Source: Macrostomum lignano (lineage: Eukaryota). From it: 64,000 bases of DNA. A program made the position numbers and the translations under genes. Within the stretch, counting starts at the first letter, position 1. The number at the start of each line of letters is the position of its first letter. The DNA is taken from contig NIVC01000344.1 in assembly GCA_002269645.1 (NCBI GenBank), forward strand, positions 248,001 through 312,000. The letters run 5' to 3'. Shown here in pieces: positions 25,242 through 35,723 of the stretch. The notes under the pieces were generated by a model that worked only from the letters and a program-made list of their open reading frames with translations, was not told the DNA's origin and made no database searches.

Positions 25242-25520
25242 GAGCGGACGCAATCCGGGGTGACGGGGTGTACAGCGGCTTCGTTCCAACCCAGGTCAAC
25301 CAGGTCCGCGAGTACAATGTCCGCCTGACCGCCAGCAAGCCGGTGAGCCGGGTCTCCACGGCCGGCAAGTTTGAGGTGACCGGAGTGGACCAGGGCAGCC
25401 TGAGCCGGACACCTCCGGCCAGGATCGGCGACCTGCGCGCTCGCATCAGCCTCGGCAGCCGGGCTGCTCAGGTCGGCCTCGAGTTCACCGCGGTGGGAGC
25501 CCGGCGGATGGAGGGATCGG
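25242..25520 (+). CDS. CLCA: CLCA-family protein, exon 9
   Basis: GADAIRGDGVYSGF (CLCA GADA.K.DGVYSR)...PPARIGDLRA (FPP..ITDL.A); donor GTGAGT at 25521 (phase 1). Confidence 0.9.
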
Positions 25521-25544
25521 GTGAGTCATCGGGGGAGGGGTGTG

Positions 25545-26362
25545 CTTGGGGTTTCCAGGGTTGGAGCTTGGGGTTTCCAGGGTTGGAGCTTGGGGTTTCC
25601 AGGGTTGGAGCTTGGGGTTTCCAGGGTTGGAGCTTGGGGTTTCCAGAGTCGGGGCTTGGGGTTTCCAGGGTTGGAGCTTGGGGTTTCCAGGGTTGGAGCT
25701 TGGGGTTTCCAGGGTTGGAGCTTGGAGTTTCCAGGGTTGGAGCTTGGGGTTTCCAGGGTTGGAGCTTGGGGTTTCCAGAGTCGGGGCTTGGGGTTTCCAG
25801 GGTTGGAGCTTGGGGTTTCCAGGGTTGGAGCTTGGGTTTCCAGGGTTGGAGCTTGGGGTTTCCAGGGTTGGAGCTTGGGGTTTCCAGGGTTGGAGCTTGG
25901 GGTTTCCAGGGTTGGAGCTTGGGGTTTCCAGGGTTGGAGCTTGGGGTTTCCAGGGTTGGAGCTTGGGGTTTCCAGGGTTGGAGCTTGGGGTTTCCAGAGT
26001 CGGGGCTTGGGGTTTCCAGGGTTGGAGCTTGGGGTTTCCAGGGTTGGAGCTTGGGGTTTCCAGGGTTGGAGCTTGGAGTTTCCAGGGTTGGAGCTTGGGG
26101 TTTCCAGGGTTGGAGCTTGGGGTTTCCAGAGTCGGGGCTTGGGGTTTCCAGGGTTGGAGCTTGGGGTTTCCAGGGTTGGAGCTTGGGGTTTCCAGGGTTG
26201 GAGCTTGGGGTTTCCAGGGTTGGAGCTTGGGGTTTCCAGGGTTGGAGCTTGGGGTTTCCAGGGTTGGAGCTTGGGGTTTCCAGGGTTGGAGCTTAGGCTT
26301 TCTAGGGTTGGAGCTTGGGGTTTCCAGGGTTGGAGCTTGGGGTTTCCAGGGTTGGAGCTTAG
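25545..26362. repeat. 22-bp minisatellite in CLCA intron 9
   Basis: Unit GGGGTTTCCAGGGTTGGAGCTT. Confidence 0.96.
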
Positions 26363-26482
26363 GTTCCAAGTATAAAAAATACCTTTTTGCATCGCAAGCA
26401 AAAATCTGTTAAAAACTTAGGACTTAAAAAACTTTTCACTTTTTTCAATGCTAACTTCAAACCTTAACTTCATCCCACGCAG

Positions 26483-26907
26483 CCTCCCGCTACATCGTGT
26501 GGCTGTGCACCAAGCCGGAGCCCCTGGCCTCCTCCTCTCCCCCGGACAGCTCGAGTCCCGGATGCTCAAACCGCACACTGCTGAACTCTTCAATCGAGGC
26601 GGCCGGATCTCCAATCTCCGTGCCCGTCCCGCCCGAGGCCCTGTCCGGTCTGTCGGTTACCGTCTACCTGGCGGTGGCGGCGGAAAACTCGGACAAAATT
26701 CTCGGCCAGCTGTCCAATGTGGCCTCGGTGCAGACCAGCCTGCCGGACAATCTGGACGAAGTTGAACGAACTGACGAGACTGGCGATGGGCTGACTGTGT
26801 TGGCCATTGTCTTCATTGCCGTCGGAGTTGCGCTGGCGGTCGCCCTCATCGTCGGGGTCGGCATCTACTTGATCGTCAAGAAGAAGAACTCTGGAACCAC
26901 CGTCTAG
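26483..26907 (+). CDS. CLCA: CLCA-family protein, exon 10 (FnIII end, transmembrane helix, short tail)
   Basis: YLAVAAEN...LSNVA (CLCA S.ISNIA), hydrophobic LAIVFIAVGVALAVALIVGVGIYLIV then KKK and stop. Exon total 2730 nt = 909 aa. Confidence 0.88.
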
Positions 26908-27224
26908 GCCGGGAGGGACATTTTCTATTAATACTACTGATGCTACTGCTGTGAGTAGCATTTGAATATTATGCCTATTATTCTTTTCTACTGACACAAA
27001 AGTAGAACTGTTTCAGTGACGAATTCCACAATTGCTGCAAAATATAATTTATTTAATTGGCTTTTCACGATTAAAATTAATTTTCAATCATTTGAAATAA
27101 ATGAGGATAAACAATTTTTGTTTACTGTCAATTTCTTGCGTTACGACTCATTTCAGTAGTTCACTCACTGTGTATTAGTTTACTGTGTAAATTATCTGCA
27201 GTTCACTCGGTATAACTTAACTGC

Positions 27225-27850
27225 CGTTCACTCGGTGTACATGTAGCTTATCTGCAGTTCACTCGGTGTACATGTAGCTTATCTGCAGTTCACTCGGTGT
27301 AACCTAACTGAAGTTCACTCGGTGTAACCTAACTGAAGTTCACTCGGTGTAGCCTAACTGAAGTTCACTCGGTGTAGCCTAACTGAAGTTCACTCGGTGT
27401 AACCTAACTGAAGTTCACTCGGTGTAGCCTAACTGAAGTTCACTCGGTGTAACCTAACTGAAGTTCACTCGGTGTAGCCTAACTGAAGTTCACTCGGTGT
27501 AACCTAACTGAAGTTCACTCGGTGTAACCTAACTGAAGTTCACTCGGTGTAGCCTAACTGAAGTTCACTTGGTGTAGCCTAACTGAAGTTCACTCGGTGT
27601 AGCCTAACTGAAGTTCACTCGGTGTAGCCTAACTGAAGTTCACTTGGTGTAGCCTAACTGAAGTTCACTCGGTGTAGCCTAACTGAAGTTCACTCGGTGT
27701 AGCCTAACTGAAATTCACTCGGTGTAGCCTAACTGAAGTTCACTCGGTGTAACCTAACTGAAGTTCACTCGGTGTAGCCTAACTGAAGTTCACTCGGTGT
27801 AGCCTAACTGAAGTTCACTTGGTGTAGCCTAACTGCAGTTCACTCGGTGT
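27225..27850. repeat. 25-bp minisatellite between CLCA and Ptf1a 3' ends
   Basis: Unit GTTCACTCGGTGTAGCCTAACTGAA. Confidence 0.95.
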
Positions 27851-28276
27851 ATCTTGCATCAGTTACCAACTTTAGGGAGAAGTTTGAGCAGATTATATAA
27901 GGCTGAACCTGATTGCAACAAGCAGTATATTTCCACAGAGAAAAAAATTCATTAACAAAATTTCGCAGACATTTAAACGACAGAATCGATAACTTGAGGC
28001 CAGAAAGAGTAACAATGGGAAAAAACTAATTAACAAATTTCCCTATTTTGGGTCAACGCTTCCCTGACACCAATAATAAAAAATCTATTGATAAAAGTGT
28101 GGGTAAGTTCTTTAGTCAATGATTGTTTGACTACAAATTCACGGCAATGGAAAATTAGCAAATCAGCAGCAGATGTGAGTGCAATATTTATTGCTGAGTT
28201 TAAGCTGACAGAATCGCTTTCTTAAATAATGTAATTTGTAACACCTTTGTAATCAAATCTGTGTAATATTTCCCAA

Positions 28277-28537
28277 AGTAGAGAAGGCGTTAGAGAAGGT
28301 GTTACAGAAGTAGAGAAGGCGTTAGAGAAGGTGTTACAAAAGTAGAAAAGGGTTAGAGAGGGTGTTGCAGAAGTAGAGAAGGCGTTAGAGAGGGTGTTAC
28401 AGAAGTAGAAAAGGCGTTAGAGAGGGTGTTGCAGAAGTAGAAAAGGCGTTAGAGAGGGTGTTGCAGAAGTAGAGAAGGCGTTAGAGAGGGTGTTGCAGAA
28501 GTAGAAAAGGCGTTAGAGAGGGTGTTGCAGAAGTAGA
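28277..28537. repeat. 32-bp minisatellite at the Ptf1a 3' end
   Basis: Unit AGAAGTAGAGAAGGCGTTAGAGAGGGTGTTGC. Confidence 0.9.
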
Positions 28538-28552
28538 GTGGCACCCTGGCTC

Positions 28553-28976
28553 TCACAGCTGCCCATGGAATTCTGTCGCCGATGCTGCAGCAGCCGCCGC
28601 GGCCGCGTCTGCCGCAATCCGCTGCGACAGGTGCGACTCGAAGTGCATGGACTGGCTGGCCACCTCGCTGAGGCTGGGCTGGAAGGTCCGGAGTTCGCTC
28701 GCCAGACTGCTCGAGACCGACGCAGGCGTCTCCTGTTTAATGAGCAGCTTGGCTCCGGACCGGCCTTCGTCCTGCCCGACCTCCGGGATCCACAGCTTGG
28801 CGCACATGGTGCCGCCTCCGTGATGTTGCTGACCCGGGCCACCTCCGTTGCCATGGTAACCGTATCTGGCGTCCTCGAACCAGCCGAGGCTGTGCGCGTG
28901 AACGGGCCGAAGGGTCCTGGGCCGCCGCTGACTCCCGCCCCAGCAGGGACTCCACCGTAGTCGGCGTTGAAGTCTG
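28553..28976 (-). CDS. Ptf1a: Ptf1a/Fer1, exon 3 (RBPJ-binding C1 and C2 motifs; apparent 1-bp frameshift near 28904-28906)
   Basis: Acceptor ttatctcAG at 28978-28977. The phase-1 frame reads ADFNADYGGVP (cf. PTF1A SDPDYGLPP); a different frame reads VHAHSLGW...TMCAKLWIPE (cf. GHSLSW...IRTAKVWTPE) and ends TGA at 28555-28553. Confidence 0.8.
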
Positions 28977-29014
28977 CTGAGATAAAGTGTTTAGGTTTGT
29001 TATTATTATCATTA

Positions 29015-29017
29015 CTG

Positions 29018-29090
<73 letters not shown>

Positions 29091-29152
29091 GTATTACTAC
29101 TACTACTACTACGTATTACTACTACTACTACTACTACTTCTTCTACTTCTAT
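29015..29152. repeat. (CTA)n microsatellite near the Ptf1a intron 2 acceptor
   Basis: Direct trinucleotide run. Confidence 0.97.
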
Positions 29153-31011
29153 TCATAAATTTCAATCCACCAGTAGTCGCTTATTAATTTGTAGAGCCCT
29201 CAGAGCCTGCCACTGTTGCTCTCTTTCCAAAAAAGTTTTAATTAGCGAAATCTCATACCAAACAAAAAATACGGGTTCTTTTGTTTAAAATCTAAAAAAT
29301 TGAAAATCTAATTTTCAAAGTATTGCAAAAAGCTTCGCTGCCAGCAAAGTTGAGAAGGTTCGCCAGTGGTTGCTATCCTCATCCTTTGTTTTGTCGCCAA
29401 TCCAGTCCCCTGCGAATCATACAGTGGGCCGTGGATACCACGGGAGGCTCGGGGGGATCAATGAGCCCCACAAATGTTTTTTGTTTGCATGCCGGAGCTG
29501 AAGCAAAAATTTTTCTCTCTTTCAGTTTTTTGGCTTTGGTTAGTAACTCGAGTTCCCGGGGTCCCGGACTCGATCGGGGCTCGGGTTACCGGCGGTTTCT
29601 GAAAACACACACACACACACTCACACACACACACAAAGAGACTCATGCTCAAAAGCCCTCTTTTAGAAGCAAAGTAGAAAGAAGGCAGAAGACGGCAAGA
29701 GAGAAGCGAGCCCCCCCCCGTTAGAGCGAGCGCTCGCGAAAAACTTCGCAAGGTCACGAGTTGCGGGACTTGGAGGGCTCTCCATGAGCAGTCTGGAGCA
29801 CCGCGAAAGAGGAGAGAATGATAGAGGATCTGTGGGAAAGAGTTGGCTTGACGTTGAGAAAGTCAAGACTGTTTAAATACGCCAATATCTGCCTGTCTGT
29901 TCTGGCTGACTCCACAACTGTCTGCCCGCCTGTCTGTCTCTTTCTTTAGCGCCTTCCCCTCCTTCGCAATGCAGCAATTTTTGCGACAAAATTCAAAGAC
30001 ATGTTTCAGGTGCATAAAGGTTTGGGGGTTGGAGCGAGAGAGTTCACAGTCACTGATGCCTAGATAGAAATCCCATTGTGAATTAGTTCCGTTTTGATGT
30101 CATTCAAGCTGGCTGCAACAATGCAGAAATATTCTTTTCCATTTAGCTTAGCCAAGACTCTGCAACAGGCCCTCCTGATGAAAAGAATTCTGAGGCCAAA
30201 CGATGGGGCGTCGCAATAAGGAGGCTGGATTAACAAACTCCCCCCTCCCACGCCTATATCTGCGCCGCTTCATCAAGTTGTCACTCAAGGAGACGCGGAA
30301 TAAAAGAAGAAAATAGTTGAGTAGCTGTTTGAGAACCGATGGGGTGTTGGGGGTGGGGCGGGCGATTTCCCGCACAGCGGGGCGTCCCGCTATGAAAATC
30401 AGCCGAGCGAGTCCGGCGCGGCACTGGGAGGGAGAGTTCAGGTTCAGTCAAGCTCTTCTTGTTTTTGTCTTCAAAGCGTTCGAATGAAAAAAGATGCAAC
30501 AGGAAAGGAAGCAGAAAATTTCTGTATTTAAAATAAAAAGAAGAAATTCTGCCCCTGGAAGAATAGCTGCAGTTTGGGACGCTTCTCCTGTTGAAGATAA
30601 TGAGCATTGGATTTGCATCGCGGTGTAAAATACCGCAGCATTTAATGAAGAAATTACGAGATAAGCTAGATAGTGAAGAGCCACTAAGACTTATCTCTTT
30701 TAGAATATCTGGCTGGCCTCATCAACGCCTGTATTGTGGAATCTGCTTACAGCAGCATGGGAACTGGAGCAGCTGCGGCTTCTCCGCCATTTTGTAACCC
30801 TCCAGCTACAGATTCCCTCCCGCATCCCAGCTCCCAATACTTGTTTATCGAATCCTTCAAAAGAAATCCTCGTGGATTGAGACTGATATCAATTCTTCCA
30901 AGCTTCTCAAAGCCTCCAGAAATCTCCTTCTCAATATCTGAATGCTAACTTCTCACTTTTTTATAATTGCTGCTGTTGAACTTCTAGTCTTTCTAGTCGT
31001 CTGCTTTGTAA

Positions 31012-31888
31012 AAGTTCGAGTTGGTAAATTGTGAAAGTTTGAGTTGGTGAACTGTGAAAGTTCGAGTTGGTGAATTTTGAAAGTTCGAGTTGGTGAAGTG
31101 TGAAAGTTCGAGTTGGTGAAGTGTGAAAGTTCGAGTTGGTGAACTGTGAAAGTTCGAGTTGGTGAACTGTGAAAGTTAGAGTTGGTGAAGTGTGAAAATT
31201 CGAGTTGGTGAAGTGTGAAAGTTCGAGTGGGTGAAGTGTGAAAGTTCGAGTTGGTGAATTTTGAAAGTTCGAGTTGGTGAACTGTGAAAGTTCGAGTTGG
31301 TGAACTGTGAAAGTTCAAGTTAGTGAATTTTGAAAGTTCGAGTTGGTGAACCGGGAAAGTTCGAGTTGGTGAACCGTGAAAGTTCGAGTTGGTGAACTGA
31401 CTAGTTTGTAAAAGTTTGAGTTGGTGAACTGACTAGTTTGTAAAAGTTTGAGTTGGTGAATTGTGAAAGTTTGAGTTTGGTGAACTGTGAAAGTTTGAGT
31501 TGGTGAACTGTCTAGTTTGTGAAAGTTCGAGTTGGTGAACTGTGAAAGTTCGAGTTGGTGAACCGGGAAAGTTCGAGTTGGTGAACCGTGAAAGTTCGAG
31601 TTGGTGAACTGACTAGTTTGTAAAAGTTTGAGTTGGTGAACTGACTAGTTTGTAAAAGTTTGAGTTGGTGAATTGTGAAAGTTTGAGTTTGGTGAACTGT
31701 GAAAGTTTGAGTTGGTGAACTGTCTAGTTTGTGAAAGTTCGAGTTGGTGAACTGTGAAAGTTTGAGTTGGTGAATTGTGAAAGTTTGAGTTTGGTGAACT
31801 GTGAAAGTTTGAGTTGGTGAATTGTGAAAGTTTGAGTTTGGTGAGCTGTGAAAGTTTGAGTTGGTGAACTGTCTAGTTTGTGAAAGTT
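31012..31888. repeat. 23-bp minisatellite in Ptf1a intron 2
   Basis: Unit GTTGGTGAACTGTGAAAGTTCGA with variants. Confidence 0.93.
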
Positions 31889-32917
31889 CGAAGCATGAAC
31901 AACTGCAGTAGACAGAGGCTACACTTGATTTTCTTAGAAATGACCTGGAGGCCGGAAGGAACGTGTATTTGTCGTATTGCTAGGGCATTCAGTATGCTCT
32001 CGATCGAATTTGTCTATGGCCAAACCCCATTCAGCGCTATGCGTTGGCCAGTAGAGCATGCTAAAATAAATACACATTCCTCACTGGCCCCCAGAGCTGA
32101 TTTCCAAGAAAACCGAGAGTTAAGCGTCCTTCTAGTTCAGTTATCCATGGCTCCAACTTGATAAAATTCTATGTCTGTACATCGTGAAATTTCTAGTTTG
32201 TAGGTCTTCCAACGGAAAGAGAGAGAGAGAGAGAGAGAGAGAGTCAGTCAGCCCGCAGGTCAGGCACAGGGAAAGTTTGCTCTGTCTGCCCATAGGAGGG
32301 GGCGCAGCTCAGAAGAGGGAATTATGGAACTCCAACGCGCTGGCAGGGGGGGGGTGAAGGTGCGCCGAGCTTTGAAGGGGAGAATTTCGGTGAAAAACAG
32401 ACCGAATGCCCCAGCAGCTGTGCCTGTGTTTGCTCACGGAGGAGGGAGGGGACGCTGCCGGCCCCTCTAAATGAGGAGAAATTTCTAGGGAAAAATTCTT
32501 TAAATTTGGGGGGTTCTCTTTAGTCTGGGGTTGTGCTCTTTCTCCTCTCTAGCTGGGCTACTCAAACAGTGCTCCGCTTGAGCTCAGCAGCGCTGATGAT
32601 CACTTTGACAGGTCGGCTTGTTTGTCCACAGGATCTCCCATTCCCCCCTCCTCCCCTGTTCCTCCTTCCTCTTTCTCCCCTCCCCTTTGCCCTCTTTGGG
32701 CCGCAGAAATATGCGACTTAGTGGCGACTTCAGCACGCACCCCCAGAGAGTATCGGCAGATCCGTTCGACGCCTGCTGGAACACTTTCAAGAGTTCTTTT
32801 TTCAAATTCGCTGAGTCCCATGTTGAGTCACGAGCTGGTTTCTAGTTCCTTATTCCGTGCTGCTTTGATAGTGGAGAGATATTAAAGAAGATTGACTGGA
32901 TTTGAGCTAATAGTGTG

Positions 32918-33782
32918 CTGAGTGCAAGTGTACCAGAATCTGTGTTACTAGACTTGAGTACAAGTGTACCAGAATCTGTGTAACAGACTTGAGTACAAGT
33001 GTACCAGAATCTGTGTAACAGACTTGAGTGCAAGTGTACCAGAATCTGTGTACCAGACTTGAGTACAAGTGTACCAGAATCTGTGTAACAGACTTGAGTG
33101 CAAGTGTACCAGAATCTGTGTTACCAGACTTGAGTACAAGTGTACCAGAATCTGTGTTACCAGACTTGAGTGCAAGTGTACCAGAATCTGTGTACCAGAC
33201 TTGAGTGCAAGTGTACCAGAATCTGTGTACCAGACTTGAGTACAAGTGTACCAGAATCTGTGTACCAGACTTGAGTACAAGTGTACCAGAATCTGTGTTA
33301 CCAGACTTGAGTGCAAGTGTACCAGAATCTGTGTACCAGACTTGAGTACAAGTGTACCAGAATCTGTGTACCAGACTTGAGTACAAGTGTACCAGAATCT
33401 GTGTTACCAGACTTGAGTACAAGTGTACCAGAATCTGTGTACCAGACTTGAGTGCAAGTGTACCAGAATCTGTGTTACTAGACTTGAGTACAAGTGTACC
33501 AGAATCTGTGTTACTAGACTTGAGTACAAGTGTACCAGAATCTGTGTTACCAGACTTGAGTACAAGTGTACCAGAATCTGTGTACCAGACTTGAGTGCAA
33601 GTGTACCAGAATCTGTGTACCAGACTTGAGTGCAAGTGTACCAGAATCTGTGTTACTAGACTTGAGTACAAGTGTACCAGAATCTGTGTTACCAGACTTG
33701 AGTGCAAGTGTACCAGAATCTGTGTTACTAGACTTGAGTACAAGTGTACCAGAATCTGTGTACCAGACTTGAGTGCAAGTGT
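32918..33782. repeat. 35/37-bp minisatellite, left part (split by the retrotransposon)
   Basis: Unit GTGTACCAGACTTGAGTGCAAGTGTACCAGAATCT. Confidence 0.96.
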
Positions 33783-34034
33783 GCACGCGAAGGTGTATTC
33801 AGCACGCCAGTGAAGTATGAGACAGACCAGGCCTAAGGGCTACGGTCTGCGATGCTTCACGCCTGCCCCTATATTCAGCAGGTCAAGGCTGGAGAGGGAG
33901 GTCTGCACCCGCTATTTGCCACTGGCAGCCGCAGACCCCCCCCCCTCACGCTGTTTCACAAGTCGACCCAGGGTACTCGTCCCCGCGTGTGTTCAAGGCA
34001 GACCCTAGGGCTGCTGGACAGACTGGGCTCCGAC
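33783..34034 (+). ncRNA. HDV-like self-cleaving ribozyme at the retrotransposon 5' end
   Basis: P1 GCACGCG(33783-89)/CGCGUGU(33984-90) with G1-U wobble; P2 CCCA/UGGG; P3 GGG/CCC; L3 UACUCGU; P1.1 AC/GU; P4 33993-34018; J4/2 CAGAC with C34019; long structured J1/2. Confidence 0.8.
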
Positions 34035-34255
34035 GCTGGCGACCCATCCAGTGGCTTCGGCCGAATTTGGGTATGCGGGTCTGGCTTGCCAGCCTGCAGG
34101 CCGTGGTACTGCTTAACGTACCCCCTAATGCCTAAGGTGTTTGACCGTGCCGATGGGCTGGAAGGCCGGGGGGTTGTCCGGTCGCTAGCGGTCCTTTTCT
34201 TTTTCTTCTTTCCTCTTTCTTTTGTGACTCAGCTCACTCCTTCCCGCTTTCAGCT

Positions 34256-35446
34256 ATGGCGTCATCCGCCTCTTTAACCCCCGCTGAAGCCGGGGCCCCG
34301 GCAACTCCGGCCGGTGACTCTGGCACCAGCGCCGCCCCACCGGGGGCAGATGGGCTTGCCGCCGGCTCGGCTGGTGACATGCCCGCACGCGCAACCGGGC
34401 CCTCCGCTGAAGCCCGACGCACCCGCAACCAACGCCGCAACGAGCGGCGACGGCGACTACGGGGTACTGCGGGCCGGCCACCGGCGGAAGGGGAACCTAG
34501 GGAGGGCGAGGCTGCTGTTGGGCCGAAAGGAACCACAGCAACCCCTGCCCCCCAGGATACAACCCCCGCTGGTGAGCCACCCAGTATACCTGCTACAAGC
34601 GCGGCCGGGCCTTCGGGAACCGCCGCCACCAACTACGCCTCAAAGGTCAAGCTCCAACCGGCGGTCATCGTCTTCGGGGAAGAGCAGGACCTCACGGCCG
34701 ACGAGCTCGACAGTGCCTGGCGCACCATCGATGCTGCGCTCATCGACCAGCTCCTGGCGGGCCGCCCTGTGAGCGTGGTCAAGTCTGCCAAGACCGACGG
34801 CTGCATCTTCATCTGGTGCAGCTCGGAGGAGAGCAGCCGCAATCTACGCGAGCTTCTGCCAAAGCTGAACTGGCCCAAGAAGCTCGGCAAGCTCGTCTTC
34901 GCCAGCGAGGGCGAACGACAGAAGACCCAGCGCTTTCGCGTCTGGATCCCGGCCGGCAGTGCCATTAAGTCCGGAGATCAGCTTAGGCAAATATTGCTAA
35001 AGCTGCACCCCGACCTTAAGGTCAACGGGCTCCTACACCACGCCACTTCCCGCAAGGAGAAGGGGGCTACGGTGATCCTAGGGCTCTCTGATGACTGGGC
35101 TAAGCGCTTGCCGCCTAAGTCCACAATTCATATTGGTCTGACTCAGCTGACCATCCTCCGTTGCGAGGAGCGGAAAGCTGATGAAGCCAAGAATGCCAAA
35201 GCTTCCGAAACCGGAACTGGGGCCCAGGCTCCTCCGGCAAAGAAGCCGAGGCAAACGGCCGATCCTATGCCCGGTAAGGCAGTTCGCGCTGCTGAAACCG
35301 GAAATCGCAATCGCAGACCCGCCAGGAGCACCCGGAGGTCCGGCCTGATCCAGCGCGCGCTGGACCAGGCCAAGAACCTTCGTGCGCATCGTGAGCGGGC
35401 CCGCGCTTCTCGCGCTCACCCCAACAGCCAGAAGGCCAGACTCTAA
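34256..35446 (+). CDS. Retrotransposon ORF1 (gag-like nucleic-acid-binding protein), main part
   Basis: 396-aa ORF in the ORF1 position, basic and low-complexity ends, no CCHC knuckle seen. Confidence 0.8.
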   Translation: MASSASLTPAEAGAPATPAGDSGTSAAPPGADGLAAGSAGDMPARATGPSAEARRTRNQRRNERRRRLRGTAGRPPAEGEPREGEAAVGPKGTTATPAPQDTTPAGEPPSIPATSAAGPSGTAATNYASKVKLQPAVIVFGEEQDLTADELDSAWRTIDAALIDQLLAGRPVSVVKSAKTDGCIFIWCSSEESSRNLRELLPKLNWPKKLGKLVFASEGERQKTQRFRVWIPAGSAIKSGDQLRQILLKLHPDLKVNGLLHHATSRKEKGATVILGLSDDWAKRLPPKSTIHIGLTQLTILRCEERKADEAKNAKASETGTGAQAPPAKKPRQTADPMPGKAVRAAETGNRNRRPARSTRRSGLIQRALDQAKNLRAHRERARASRAHPNSQKARL

Positions 35447-35721
35447 GCGGGGAGGCTCCGACCGACTGGTTCGAGTCTGTGACTCACCAGGAGGCTGGCG
35501 CCACCCGCATCGACCTGACCGACGAGGCAGAGGGGACGGGCAGTGACAGCACCGAAGCACGCAGGAGAGGCGACGGTAACGTCCACGCTGGGCTCACGTC
35601 CGCGGAGGACTCCACAGCCACCCTAACTGCTGAGGACGCTGAAACTCCCATGGAGGTCTGCGGGTCACCCACCACTGAAAAGGAGGAGGATGACCTGCTC
35701 AACGATTCCCCAACTGCGTGA
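35395..35721 (+). CDS. Probable acidic C-terminal continuation of ORF1 after a -1 frameshift
   Basis: This frame is open from 35395 (…QQPEGQTLSGEAPTDWFESV…EDDLLNDSPTA*); its stop TGA is followed by TA-ATG of ORF2. Confidence 0.55.
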   Translation, partial: AGPRFSRSPQQPEGQTLSGEAPTDWFESVTHQEAGATRIDLTDEAEGTGSDSTEARRRGDGNVHAGLTSAEDSTATLTAEDAETPMEVCGSPTTEKEEDDLLNDSPTA

Positions 35722-35723
35722 TA

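Noticed and set aside
28737-29012. ORFs 28737-29012 (-), 28538-28960 (+) and 28513-28854 (-) as separate genes
   Set aside because: They are alternative frames or the antisense of Ptf1a exon 3; only the HSLGW/LWIPE frame has conserved motifs.
31988-32065. Imperfect hairpin (GTATGCTC/GAGCATGC, TGGCCAA/TTGGCCA) as a pre-miRNA
   Set aside because: A large asymmetric bulge and short stems do not fit a Drosha/Dicer substrate.
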